A stretch of DNA of 63,994 nt, the filler included, from Dirinaria sp. TL-2023a (taxonomy: Eukaryota), in assembly GCA_051941275.1 (NCBI GenBank). It is 4 parts of 4 records of this genome, joined end to end, with 100 filler letters (N's around TTAATTAATTAA, not from the genome) between each part and the next. Parts side by side here need not be neighbours in the genome. Positions count along the whole stretch, not along the records: positions 1 to 16,064 come from JAVEBF010000510.1; 3 more parts are not named here. One strand, given 5' to 3'. How positions within the stretch are numbered: the stretch's first letter is position 1; each line of letters opens with the position of its first letter. The notes beneath the pieces are model-generated. The model was not told the origin of the DNA, ran no database searches, and saw only the letters and a list, made by a program, of their open reading frames with translations. This document shows, one piece after another, positions 1-11,535 of this stretch. The translations under genes were made by a program, and so were the position numbers.

Positions 1-388
1 AACTAGATACAATAGGGGGTCCCAGGTATATATGCGTGTGTGCGGGTGTCGGGTAAACACCGCGATCGGGTTAGCGCATTACCCCTGAGAACCCTGGGAG
101 GTGTTGCCCCAGGTAGTATACCAGGTGCATGCTCGTAACAAGACAGACAATTCATGACTACAATACCAATTCTACGGAATCAAAGATGACAATCTAATTG
201 CGTTGTGAGTAGAGGAGATGTTTTACGGATTCTTCATACAAATGTGTGTTTTTTTGTGTGTTGCCAAGCTGTTGCCAAGCTGTCGCAAGGTTTTTAGAAA
301 CGCTAAATCTTATCTCCGTGATGTTCGAGCACCATAACATAATTTTACTTAAAGTGATCTTACCACAACATCGATTGTTCCAGACAAC

Positions 389-1211
389 ATGGAGGAGCAG
401 CAGCAAGCCAAGCAACAAGCAGAGTCTGAGCGAGACCTCACACGATTATGGCGCGCGTGGAGAACTGTTCATGAGATGGTCCAAGATAGAGTATGCCTCT
501 TCAAGATTTCCTAGCACTACGACTAAAGGCCAACTAATTTTCTACACAAGGGTTATGAATTAACAGAAGAAGAAGTCCGAATATCTTTAGAGGAGTTCCG
601 TTCCAAATTTTCCGACCCTCTTGGTGGGCCTGAGTGCGTAATCTGCTCCCATCAATATCGTTCCATGTAGCTGATGTGTCGTCAGCCGCAAGAAGATGAA
701 TTTCAGTGCCCGACCCACTAGCGCCATGCTCGAGAAATATGCAAACCTTCCGACTGCTAAAAACTCCAACCCAGACTCTCCCTCAATCGGTACAATCTGG
801 GTCGAGTTCTCGGCCGATCTTTCTATTGGAATAAAGCAGATGCGAACCTTTGGACATCACATCAAAGATCACAACTTTCACACTGGTATCATGATCACCC
901 AAGCAGCTATCACGCCCGCGGCCCTGAAAATTGTACCCGTACTGCTGCCTAACATTGTCGAAACGTTCCAAGAGCAGGATCTGCTGGTCAACATTACGCA
1001 TCACGAGCTGGTGCCAAAGCACGTACTGCTGAGTCCGGAAGAGAAGAAAGTCTTGTTGGAGAGATATCGATTGAAGGAGACACAGTTACCAAGAATCCAA
1101 ATGAACGACCCTGTAGCTAGATACCTGGGCTTACGCAGGGGCCAGGTGGTGAAAATAATACGAAAGTCTGAGACAGCGGGCAGATACGCGAGCTACCGGT
1201 GGTGTCTTTAA
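389..1211 (+). CDS. RPB5: DNA-directed RNA polymerases I, II and III subunit RPABC1 (Rpb5); exons 389-490, 551-633, 686-1211
   Basis: Spliced product MEEQQQ...[20 protein letters not shown]...; diagnostic C-terminus [14 protein letters not shown]...[42 protein letters not shown]; both GT-AG introns restore frame. Confidence 0.97.
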
Positions 1212-1375
1212 AGGGCTTGAGGTTTCTATTGACAATGCAGAATTCGCTGTGGCGAATGACGTATCTGGGCAAGTGGTTAATCCTATCACTGCTCTCTCGA
1301 AGGATCAAGCGCGGAGTTTGGGTGGAGGATCTGTGGTTCCATATCCATGGCTCTATTTGCATACCATGACCAGAT

Positions 1376-1396
1376 AGAGAGAGAGAGAGAGAGAGA
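1376..1396. repeat. (AG)n microsatellite, about 10 units
   Basis: agagagag... run downstream of RPB5. Confidence 0.9.
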
Positions 1397-3267
1397 ATCT
1401 AAGAAAAGCTCAGAGAGGCACGTCCGTCGATCCATTTAGAGCTCTTTACAACCTCTCGCTCCTTATTCCCACAACCAAGCCCATGTTGCTTCTGCTTATC
1501 GATTCAATGGGCTCTTTGCTTTGCTCTCGTTCGGCATCGTGGGCCACGAAGCTGACTGCTGAGGCTTAAACGTAACATACATATTGCCCCCATGCGTGCA
1601 AGATGTTCATGTACTACGCATTGCTTGCTGGACCATCTTTCCTGACTTTTCCACCTGTTGGATGCCTACTTCTGCCTGCCGCGCTACTAAATTATAGAAT
1701 GTGAGTACGAGTAACGGCTACTTTCGTATTGCAGCTCAGGATCCAAGGTCGGTGCTCCGAACACCGAGTTCAGGCATGGAGGTCAACAATCCTCGCGGTG
1801 CCCTCTGGACATAGTGACTCAACATTTGATTGCTTGGATCTAAGCCCTTGTCTGGAAAAGTCGTTTAAGGGACCTGTTGTCGGTTCCATCGACATGAGCT
1901 TTGCTGAGCTGATCGTGAATTGAAAGCACTTACTCTCACTTCTCATCCATGGCCATAGATAGGTCGCAGTTCGAACGGTGAACTGGTTCTACGCATCGTA
2001 ATTCAAGGTGGTGTCCAGCGGCTTGGTTTAGTATTGTATGAAGGACTGTGTGCTAACAGAGCATGGGTCGCTTTCTTCACCCGAAGCTCGTCTACGTATT
2101 CATGATATTTCTGACAAAATGTACCTTGTGCTCTGGAGGTAGTGAAGTGCTAGCACCTTATTGTTTTCTGTTTGCCTGTGGATATCGTATAGCCGCAGTT
2201 TAGCACCTTAGCATCATTGCACATTCTCTATAGGGTCTGCCACTCGAAGGACTAGATACTGCACAGATTTGCCCGGGGTACGTTTCAATGGCTGGAGTCA
2301 AAGCAAGAACAAGATCCAAACCTCAAGCTATCCTAAGGAAAAAGGAGAAAAGGTCGTGCTTGATGCCCTTCTGATTTCTATATAGATCTACAGCCTAATG
2401 TACCAGAAGAAGCGCTATCTATGCGACATGCTCTTAGACCTTGATGCAGATGCTTTAGCTTTTCCTCTTATCCTGACAGCACTCATGCAGCTCTCCGGAG
2501 TGCTTGGGGGCTAGAGAGTCGTCAATATACAGGCTTTTTGCTGTTTTCTGTAGCGGATACGTTAATTTGGTCAAGAGATCTGCGCTGGTCTGTTTGGCTG
2601 ACCGGTCTTAGGCCAATGGGCAAAATGATCTACCATAGATGAGGGGTGCCATATCTAATGTACAGATTGTAAGGGGTTCTGCCTTGGATGTACGCCCAAA
2701 GTGATAAACCTCTCTGTATACTCACAATGAAATAAGGACCAACTCCTTCGCAAGCCAGTGGAGGCACGAGGGGCCTAGCATGACGGATGGAAAGCCGATA
2801 TGGCAGACAAGCCAGAGAACGGTAGTCACGGGGCCAAGACGGCTGACTCGAGAGTGTGAACCAAGTGGGGCATAGCTCTGATGAAGGAAAGCGTGCGTCG
2901 AATGGCAAAGGCGATGATGAGATCAAAGGATAGATACATACTCTGCCTGGAATCGTGTGACTACTAAACTAGAAAACCCTCTCAGTGGCGCCATTCTCCA
3001 GATGAAATCGGATAGATATCCTCAACAAATGCAGCCCTTGACATCTGGCTTCCGAAGGTATCATCAATGCGGATACTTTTGATCCGTACTTGTGTGAAAG
3101 CCATAGGTCTCCATGACGCAGACCTCTCGCCCAGTCGTGACCATGTCTATTCTATCATACCTGTGACGCCAAGCTGATAAAAATTAACAAAATCTTGCTC
3201 ATGGTGCGTAAAAAAGGCAAAATAGCCCACTCGTCAAATGCGTCTAATCTTGTAAACATTAACCATA

Positions 3268-4944
3268 CTATTGGGGCATCAAGCGATCTTGCTGCGGGCG
3301 CTCTGCTTGGACCTGGGAGCTAGTCTCTGCTACTGCTGCTCCTCGTACCAACAGCATAGGCAGATCGCCTCTTAGAGGTTGCGGCCGAGTTAAATTTCGG
3401 GTTGCCGGCGCAGATTCACGGGTGATTGTTTGATCTTGAGGTGGTTGTAGTAGGCTTTGGGATCGCACAAGGCCGCCCACGTCTTGCAAGAAGGCATGAC
3501 TTCCTCGATGTCGCTCTTGCATGGGCTCTATTAGCCCGGCAGAAGCTAGCCTCTCTTCTCCCGGCGTTGAATTTGAAGGACGAGCAATGTGAGGGATCGC
3601 TGTGGATGACACAAGCGCGACGGAAGAATGTCGTGGTGCGGTGGAAGATTCATCAGATAATAAACCGCCCACATCAAAAAATGACATCCGGCGTGGCGTG
3701 GGCATTGGGATTTCGGTCGCGCTGAAGTCCCTCTCGGCCTGCCGGGACATGGTCTTCAGATCTGTCTCATCCGTCTCGACAGAGGGTCGAGAAGGCAGAT
3801 CCCAGTCTCCCTTAACTTGTGTTGTCACGGCGGCATCTTGTGAACCCAAACTTAGGGCCATAGGGGCAGGTCTTGGTACACTGGAAGAGCGGCCTTCTAA
3901 GTCAGGGTCAAGCCTCATTCCAAGGTCTTCGGCCAAGTCAGCATCGCTACCCCAATGCCGCTGTGTGAGTGTTCTTGATCGCGATTGAATGTTCGTTGTT
4001 TCTAGGCTGCTGCCTCCACTGGTGCTTCCGAAGCGGAAGCGCTTCTTTTTTTCGCCCCTGTCTCGGATGAATGACCCCAAGACGACGGCGTTCGAGACGG
4101 CAGCAGCAGCAAGGATTTCAAGTGAAGCAAGAAGCGACCGGAATTGTTGATCCGAGTGACGGTTGATCACACCAATGACCCGGTACAAGGTGATACCAAC
4201 CAGGATCAGAGAGAAGCTGAATAGCAGGACTAGTGACATCTTGCGCATGGCGGCCATTGTGGATTTCAGAACGATCGGGATGGGGAAAAATACAAGCAGT
4301 AGGTCGGTTATAACATCGCTGATGCCCATAGTGATCAGCTGCGCATGACCTTGGCGACACTTGGACCCAGGGTCCGGTGTAACTTGCCAATACTTGTAAA
4401 ACGGCTGGCACTCGGCTAGAGTGGCGATGACCACGGCAGCGAACGTGACAGCGAGGAACCACCGTATGAATTGAAGACCAACTTCATAACGTCGCCTCCA
4501 CACCTGGCCAGTTAGGCGCTTGAGAAACTCCGAGACGGTGAATTTAGCGATCCACAAGCTGTATGCGTCAGTGTTGTCCAATCTATGCCAAATTTCTACG
4601 TACAATGCTGCATATATAATTCTAGAGGCCAGGACAAGTTTGCTGCCAATCTGACGATGATGAAGACTCAACGGTGTGAGGCCAGTTGTGACGGTGTTAT
4701 TAGTCCCCCAAATCAATACCACGTGCACCAGAGCCATCCGAGCAAGCAGCGGTATAATGCTGGCGGCCATGATTTTATCCTCCCTGAACAGCCGCTCCGT
4801 TCGCACATATCGCCCCGAGACTCGGACCAGTATGATAGCCAGTGAGAACCCTGTACACCACCATGATACTAGTAGAGTCGGGTTGTCGGCTAAGGCATCT
4901 TTCGGAGGCGGCGGTGTAGAATGCCATCCTCGTCGGAAGAGCAT
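3268..4944 (-). CDS. PTH11-like / fungal rhodopsin-domain integral membrane protein (about 7 TM plus long disordered tail); probable in-frame intron 4559-4603
   Basis: Seven hydrophobic segments; motifs LAECQPF..YWQV.PDPG.KC and DVITDLLLVFFPIP are typical of the family; GTACGT...ACTGAC...CAG intron. Confidence 0.8.
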   Translation of the reverse strand: MLFRRGWHSTPPPPKDALADNPTLLVSWWCTGFSLAIILVRVSGRYVRTERLFREDKIMAASIIPLLARMALVHVVLIWGTNNTVTTGLTPLSLHHRQIGSKLVLASRIIYAALYVEIWHRLDNTDAYSLWIAKFTVSEFLKRLTGQVWRRRYEVGLQFIRWFLAVTFAAVVIATLAECQPFYKYWQVTPDPGSKCRQGHAQLITMGISDVITDLLLVFFPIPIVLKSTMAAMRKMSLVLLFSFSLILVGITLYRVIGVINRHSDQQFRSLLASLEILAAAAVSNAVVLGSFIRDRGEKKKRFRFGSTSGGSSLETTNIQSRSRTLTQRHWGSDADLAEDLGMRLDPDLEGRSSSVPRPAPMALSLGSQDAAVTTQVKGDWDLPSRPSVETDETDLKTMSRQAERDFSATEIPMPTPRRMSFFDVGGLLSDESSTAPRHSSVALVSSTAIPHIARPSNSTPGEERLASAGLIEPMQERHRGSHAFLQDVGGLVRSQSLLQPPQDQTITRESAPATRNLTRPQPLRGDLPMLLVRGAAVAETSSQVQAERPQQDRLMPQ

Positions 4945-6513
4945 ACTCTGGCGCCCACCAGCCGCTGGGGAGGAGGAGAATGGGGAGTATTACCCGCACT
5001 CTGTATGTAATACTTGGACATATGCTTGTGCGATCGCCAATGGATATTACTGTTAAGCTGCTGGGACTAGAGACGATGTGGTTGACGCTTGGAGCATGTT
5101 CGCCCACTTATCTCCGCCTGACGCCCTATGGAGGAAGTCGTTAGTAAAGCGGAGTACAACAAAGTTACGGGAGTATTGGTACAAGGCAGTGCCAGCTGTC
5201 ACACGAAGAGAGACTGTCAAGGAAGAAGGGAGTAAGAGAAAGCATGGCTGAACGGAGATAAGGGAAAGCAAAATGATTACAAGGCAAATTATAATAATAA
5301 TGCAGTAATCATAAAGTGCAGAAGACAAAAAGCAACAGTGGAAGAGAGAGCGGAGTAAGGTTAGGTAGGCAGAGTCGGCGACTCAGCGATAAGGTAATAA
5401 TACAGCACCTTCAAGTAAGGTACCAAAGATATCTAAGTAGGTACGAGTACATACCTAAGGTATCTACGGTAGGTACATGTAGGTAGACGATGACAGATCG
5501 GCATTGCCTTACCTTAAATGATAACATTATTACCGAATACCGTATCATGCCAGACACCTTAAAGGTAAACTACCTACCTTGTGCTTGGCGCATTCGACTA
5601 CTGCCACAGGCGATCACACACAGCGTAATGGATGGCTGTAATACGGTGCCATTATGCCTATTGCGGTCGGCCACCACCACCTTGCTGTATGTACCTACAT
5701 ACAGAGTAGTACAGACGGCATGGGTTGGTAGAAGGAATTAATTGTCCCGATCGGCGCGTTCTAGAGTGCACGGCTGAATAATAATGAGTTCTTGGTTCCG
5801 ATGCATAAGGTGATTGTTTTCTGCTGCAGCCAATAATAATGAATTGTCACACTACCCAACCATGGAAGTCAAAGTGTCTTGATTTTTCCGATCCCGGAAA
5901 ATTAATGGTAAATATCCCGTCTCCTCACGCATGTTCCGTTTCGAGCCCCGGACGATTCGTTTAATTAGCTGTCCACAACTCAGGTTTTGATAATCGAGTA
6001 CCTTAAGGTACTCCGTAGTTTACCTTAACCTCGGTTACCGTCTCTTCTAAGGGCCGTGCTCCCCCGGGACCAGCAGACCAGACCTTGAATTGCTTGGTGC
6101 ACACCTGTACCTACTTATCGAGAACTGTGCAATGTTGTTGATTTCACATTTCCCCATCGCCACCATACTTGTACCTAAGTACATTGAGGTACGCAAGGGT
6201 AGGTGTCGAAGTACCTCAAGGTAAGGTCGGGTAATGTACGAGTACATGTACAGTAGTTAATCACTACCTTCCAGCCTGGGAAATGCTCGGTCATCATGAA
6301 GTAATTAATCACAGTGCATTGCAGTGATGCCGATCATCAATAATAGATGGTGATCAATAAGTATTAGTACGCTGACGTCCAGGCATACCAAAAGCCAAAG
6401 GGAAGGACAAATGTGGTTGGTGACCACGCACTGGACTTCGCCAAATCCTCACGGAAACAGTCTTGCAACCCTCTTCATTGATTACATGTAGTCAGGCGAC
6501 ATCAGAAACACGC

Positions 6514-8190
6514 CTACAAGTCGTTCAAAAGCTCAACGAGCCACTTAGGAATTTGTTCAACGCCCTCGCCGCGGATAGCGCTGACTGGCAACGCCGCAAG
6601 TGGGCCTCCCCAACACGGCTTTTTCCCGCTCGGATGTTCAACCGTAGCCTGTACGACAGCTTCAAGGTATGCCTGTAAATGAGCGAAGTTGTCTTGAGTA
6701 CTCTCAAGATCGGCCTTCGTTGCAACGACGAACCACGGCTTCGTCGAAGCAGGCGCTAAAGCAAGGGTTGGTAGTGATTGGGACAATGACGGCTTGATGA
6801 TAATCCCTGTATCATCCTCGGCAATAGCACCTTCGTGGGCAGCAACCGATGATTTAGAGCCACTCAAGGTCCTCCAATCAATGGTCTTGCCTTCGTTTTC
6901 AAAATTGAGCTTCATATCCTTTGCAGCCTCGAACTCTCGAAGCTCGTACCAAAGTCGTTTCAGAGCTTCCACTGCATTTCCAGCGCCGAGATCGATCACA
7001 AAAGCCAGCACTCGTGCACGCTCCACGTGTCGGAGGAAGCCATGGCCCAGTCCTCGATCTTGGTGAGCGCCCGGTATGAGCCCAGGAATGTCGGCTATGG
7101 ATATTTGTGTCCTAGGCTGTCCGCTTTCATTGTAGGATCTCAGTCGCGGTCGATGCTTACTGTCATCTAAGATGATGGTTCCGATATTCGGTTGCAGCGT
7201 AGTAAAGGCCCAATGCCCGACTCTTGCTCTACTTCCACTCAGAGAGCGCAAGAGGGTGCTCTTGCCAGCGTTAGGCAGTCCAACAAAGCCCACATCTGCT
7301 AGCAATTTAAGCTCCAGTTCTAGCGTAAGTGAAAGACCAGCATCACCCTTTGTCGCAACTTTAGGCCTCGGGTTCGGGGTTGTTACAAAGTGCGGGTTTC
7401 CCAAACCTCCGACTGCCCCTGCAGCGAGCAGAAGTGGGTTTTCCATTGGCTGCGAAAGATCAAGCAACACTGGAGGACGAGGTTGAGCCATGGCTAAGGG
7501 GGTTTGTCTTTTTCGAGGCGGAGTGGGAATACCTGACTTTGCAATGTCAGAGACCTTTGCAGAGGGGTGCAAGACCAATTGGTTTCTTCTCCATAAAACC
7601 TGACCCTCCTCTCCTGCATTTCTAGGTGCTGTGGCCTCGTATGTTCTTCTCTCTTCCTTTTCCATAAGAGGATCGTGCCTGGAGGTTTCTCTGACCACGG
7701 TGCCCACTGGAACTTGTAAGAGTACATCAGCTCCTTTTTCACCGCCTTTCCCTTTGCCCTTCCCATTTGCTCCTCTCCCTGCCTTGACAAACCGCCGACG
7801 AGCTATCTTATGAAGACTTGTCTCCTCAAGTACTGCTTGAATGTAAATGCTGCCCCCGCTACCGCCGTCGCCTCCGTTCGGTGGTCCAGCCGATATGAAT
7901 TTTTCTCGTAGAAATGAGACGCACCCATCGCCGCCCGCACCTGCCGAGACGTCAATGGTGCACTTATCCGCGAAAACCGTACGACTGTAGTCTTCAGGTG
8001 GAGGGTCAAGGTGTGAAGGAAGCGCGACTGAGCCTAGTGCGTTTTCGCTCGGTACTGGCGGTGCGGCAGATTTGAAGCACCTCCTAGTGGTTGCCAAAGT
8101 TGATCTCTGTAGAGTTATGTGAGAAGGACGAAAACAGTGTTGAAGAGACGGGTAGAGGAAGGGCATTGATGTACTCTGGACCCAAACCAT
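6514..8190 (-). CDS. MTG2: Mitochondrial Obg-family GTPase (Mtg2-like); start 8190 or 8166
   Basis: Gly-rich Obg fold AGAGGDGCVSFLREK...GPPNGGDGGSGG; LELKLLADVGFVGLPNAGKS (G1), FTTL (G2), DIPG (G3), TKAD (G4), SAI (G5). Confidence 0.92.
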   Translation of the reverse strand: MVWVQSTSMPFLYPSLQHCFRPSHITLQRSTLATTRRCFKSAAPPVPSENALGSVALPSHLDPPPEDYSRTVFADKCTIDVSAGAGGDGCVSFLREKFISAGPPNGGDGGSGGSIYIQAVLEETSLHKIARRRFVKAGRGANGKGKGKGGEKGADVLLQVPVGTVVRETSRHDPLMEKEERRTYEATAPRNAGEEGQVLWRRNQLVLHPSAKVSDIAKSGIPTPPRKRQTPLAMAQPRPPVLLDLSQPMENPLLLAAGAVGGLGNPHFVTTPNPRPKVATKGDAGLSLTLELELKLLADVGFVGLPNAGKSTLLRSLSGSRARVGHWAFTTLQPNIGTIILDDSKHRPRLRSYNESGQPRTQISIADIPGLIPGAHQDRGLGHGFLRHVERARVLAFVIDLGAGNAVEALKRLWYELREFEAAKDMKLNFENEGKTIDWRTLSGSKSSVAAHEGAIAEDDTGIIIKPSLSQSLPTLALAPASTKPWFVVATKADLESTQDNFAHLQAYLEAVVQATVEHPSGKKPCWGGPLAALPVSAIRGEGVEQIPKWLVELLNDL

Positions 8191-8435
8191 CGCGAAGCTA
8201 GCGGTGACTGGCAAAGGTCGATGATCTGAGCATCTGAAAAGATCGTCGGCCGCTACAGGTATCGTATTGTGACTTCTCATCTCAGAATTATTGATGACCA
8301 CCGCGTGGAGGTCATAATGGGAGAGGGACTCGAAGTCTTTAAGACAGATTTAGCCGAGGCATTGATGACGCCACAAAGTTAGATGATGTGCTTTACGACC
8401 GAGGCGGACGCCCTGATCATTAGACATCTATTGAG

Positions 8436-9568
8436 ATGCATAAAGTGCGCCGGCGTCAGTGGCATTGCAATGCCGACCAGCATATCTTACTTGAGTAGTA
8501 AGTTCTCACTGAGCGTCCGGACACAAAATTCTGAACGTGTCATCAGTGTACAACTCAAGCGCGAGTGCATCCCCGGAATCTACCTGAGCTTGAAGCCGGG
8601 AGATCCAGCACAATGGTCAGGCGTGTTCTTCGTTAGAAAGGGTTTATTCTTGGGGTGATCGTGCCTTAGAGCTTATCTAACTACGGTCAGGTCCATATGC
8701 ACCAGCCGTTCTACGCTTTCAAATACGATTTCCGTTCGATTATCCAGACTCACCACCCACAGTCGTCTTCGCAAGCGAGATATTCCACCCACTTGTCACG
8801 CCATTAACAACATATACCTATTCGGCTGATACGTTTGTTACTGATGCTGTCAGCGCTTTAGATGAAGGGCGCCTTCCTCCAGGAGGTTTTCGGTTGAGGG
8901 GTGGATTTCCTCACTGGTTTGGGCGGCGTGATTACAGCACTACTCCATGGACTGCAACACCAGGGGATGTGAGCGAACTTCACAAGGGCTACGGCTCCCA
9001 TCGTAGAGAAGCACTAGACGCTCCGTCTTCAGCGGTCTGCTCTTCGAACGCCACAGAAGCAAAACAACCCATGACGCCATTTCCCCAAATGAATCATGGC
9101 ATGAGAGATGTTCTCGCGTATATCAAGCAGACTTTTGACGATGAGAAGGTGCTAGATAGTTTACCACTAGAATATGCGGGCAATTCTGGTGCTTGGAGAG
9201 CCTGGCGTGCGTACCGTGTGAAGAACGTTCGAGGTAGCAATCGCAGTCTCGGTTTTGCAAGGGAGTCTGGCATCGATAATGCTCAATGCTCACCCGCCAG
9301 ACAGCCTGATGAATGGAGTTGGGATGGAGTCTGGCAGGAAAGGGTACAGAAGGGCATCAGTGCGAGCTTATCTGATCAGGTGTTGTACAGTTCGAGTACC
9401 GGCAATGATCCTGTATGCTTTTAGACCATTCGTATCAATATACGGCGCTAACGATGAGATTAGATTCGCTTTTCAGAGGCCACTGATGAATTGATTCAGA
9501 CTACGAGGCTGCGGGCTTTGAGGTCAACACTTCATCCCAAGACAGCTTCTGTATTTTACGAAAGCTGA
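8436..9568 (+). CDS. Ubiquitin-conjugating (UBC)-fold E2 variant, AKTIP/FTS-like; exons 8436-8497, 8547-8641, 8691-9411, 9464-9568
   Basis: Spliced HILLEYVQLKRECIPGIYLSLKPGDPAQWSGVFFVRKGPYAPAVLRFQIRFPFDYPDSPPTVVFASEIFHPLV is a UBC N-terminal fold; no Cys at the expected catalytic position. Confidence 0.8.
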
Positions 9569-9978
9569 TGCATGCCTTCACGCGATCCGTGGTGCTTCTG
9601 GAGGGGCTAGATGATATAGCACGATAACAAAGTGAAGGCACGGGAACTTCACTCTGGCAAATCATTCTCCATGTGCTTGGCTTGCGGAGCTATTAAGGAC
9701 GAGTCCTACCCCCAAGCTACAAAAGCATCTGGACAATCAGTCCAGAGGAGCGGGACGAAATGGGCCAAATTGCAATTGCTCGAGCTCCACTATGGTCCCT
9801 TATCTGCTCCGCTCGCTCTTTCTCTGGAATACACTTAATTCTGCTCTTTCCGCTGGCGAGGCCGGACAACCAATAAAGACTTTCTACTTCCCCCAACTAC
9901 GTCTCTTCTTAATAACAAAACATGCTTTGACTACTTTTCATCGAATAGCTTACATGGATTCTTTGACTCATTACCTTG

Positions 9979-10736
9979 ATGCCACGGGAATCGAGATCAA
10001 GGCGTGACTGGCATGATTTCATACCAACCGTTTACACGCTGATACTTCTTTTGCCGATTGGAGTGTATAACAATTTTGACAAGGTTATACGAGCACCGAG
10101 GAGTATCGCTATAATCTGCCACAGATTGCTTCTCTGTCTTGCTTTGGTACTGGCATTGTTCTGCAAGATTGCAAGCTACTTCGCATACGTCGGCATCAAC
10201 TACTTTCTATCCATATACCGGCGTTCAGCGGTGAGTTGAGCTTTAAAATCACAAGTACTGAAGCTCAGCTCTTGCAGGCAATATATATTGGGTGCCTGCA
10301 AGGAATTTCACCAGCTGCAGTGAACCTAACTCAAGACCAACGGACTCTCGGATACTACCAAACCGCCCGATTCAACCGTTTTGCTCGCTTTGATTGTTCA
10401 GCGGTCACAATCCTCGATCTAGTCGTTGAGTACGGAAGAATCCACGGAACCTTGCTAGCCACGGTGCTGTCGGTTGCCATACACTCTATTTTGATCCGCG
10501 ATTGCAGCTGGTTCACTGCCTTAGTATTTCCAGGAGTTTTCTGCCTAGCGGTCTCCACTGCTTACACGGACGGTATTCTGATTGCATCATTTGTTGTAGC
10601 CAGCGTTGTCGTTGCTTTGCTCGTTGCACACAGAGTCGATAAGCAAAAGTCCAATTCCAGGTCGCGACGTCTGGCAGCTGTTCGGCAATCACGGCGCTCT
10701 GGGACGACTCATTCGACGATAAAAAAAATGCATTGA
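9979..10736 (+). CDS. Hypothetical multi-pass membrane protein, 2 exons (intron about 10231-10277)
   Basis: Two hydrophobic ORFs joined in frame by a GTGAGT...CAG intron; basic C-terminal tail; no recognised family. Confidence 0.45.
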
Positions 10737-11183
10737 ACCTCCAAGAGCTTCAATAGGTACAAAGGCCAATATCTGTCCCAGGACAGATTGGTTCTTGAAT
10801 AGTAACTAACTGTACTACAAGCTAAGGTCATAGGTCCAAACCACCGACGTGTTGCGGTGCAGCAGCTCATCTGGCATTCTTCAAAAGCCCACTGGCAACA
10901 ATAGATCGGAACGTCGGATTTGAACTCGGTCTCAGTTTAGGTATCCGTTGCAAGTTGGCAAGGAACGTCGCGATCTAAAGTTTCAAGCCTCCCGAGTACA
11001 GCTCCTCATTTCCGTCCTCAGAGCGGATTCCTTGGACGATTGGGCTGATAGTCCTTCGCTGCAACCTAAGCTATCGATTTGTCAAAGACGCGCCCGAACG
11101 AAAGGGACCCGCCACCACGACATATTCCGACTTCGAAACTTCACCTGAGGCTGTTGCGCAATAAACCTCAAAAGAGGTCCTCT

Positions 11184-11477
11184 ATGCCTGGTTCTGAATT
11201 GTGGCTCGGACTTGGCTTTGGTTGCCTGTTCATATTGTTCATGTTGATCACTGGTACTTGGGCCCTGCTCAGTGACGACAAATCAGGCGATTTCCGAGGT
11301 TGCCACGCAAGTTGGAAGAAGCTGAGAGAGAAGAGAAAACCACCAGGAGGGTACGATTGGTGGCGCTACCGTGCAGCAAGGTCTAGACTTTCACCACCGC
11401 CTGACAATCTTGACGTGGAGCTTGGGCAAGTGACCATACCGCCAGCGGCACAGTACTCAGCAGCGTTGTCAGATTAA
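11184..11477 (+). CDS. Small hypothetical single-pass membrane protein (97 aa)
   Basis: MPGSELWLGLGFGCLFILFMLITGTWALL TM segment followed by a basic stretch and a DVELG-type tail common in fungal membrane proteins. Confidence 0.4.
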   Translation: MPGSELWLGLGFGCLFILFMLITGTWALLSDDKSGDFRGCHASWKKLREKRKPPGGYDWWRYRAARSRLSPPPDNLDVELGQVTIPPAAQYSAALSD

Positions 11478-11535
11478 TTGCCTTGGAACAGCCTGAGACT
11501 TTCCAGCCATACGTAGGTCAGCAAGGGAGACCGGC

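Noticed and set aside
1603..1843. Possible small spliced gene between RPB5 and the PTH11-like gene
   Set aside because: The intron would be only about 34 nt and the product is not protein-like.
8191..8301. GTG-started N-terminal extension of the Obg GTPase in the ORF track
   Set aside because: Bacterial-style start codon; lies in the short bidirectional promoter.
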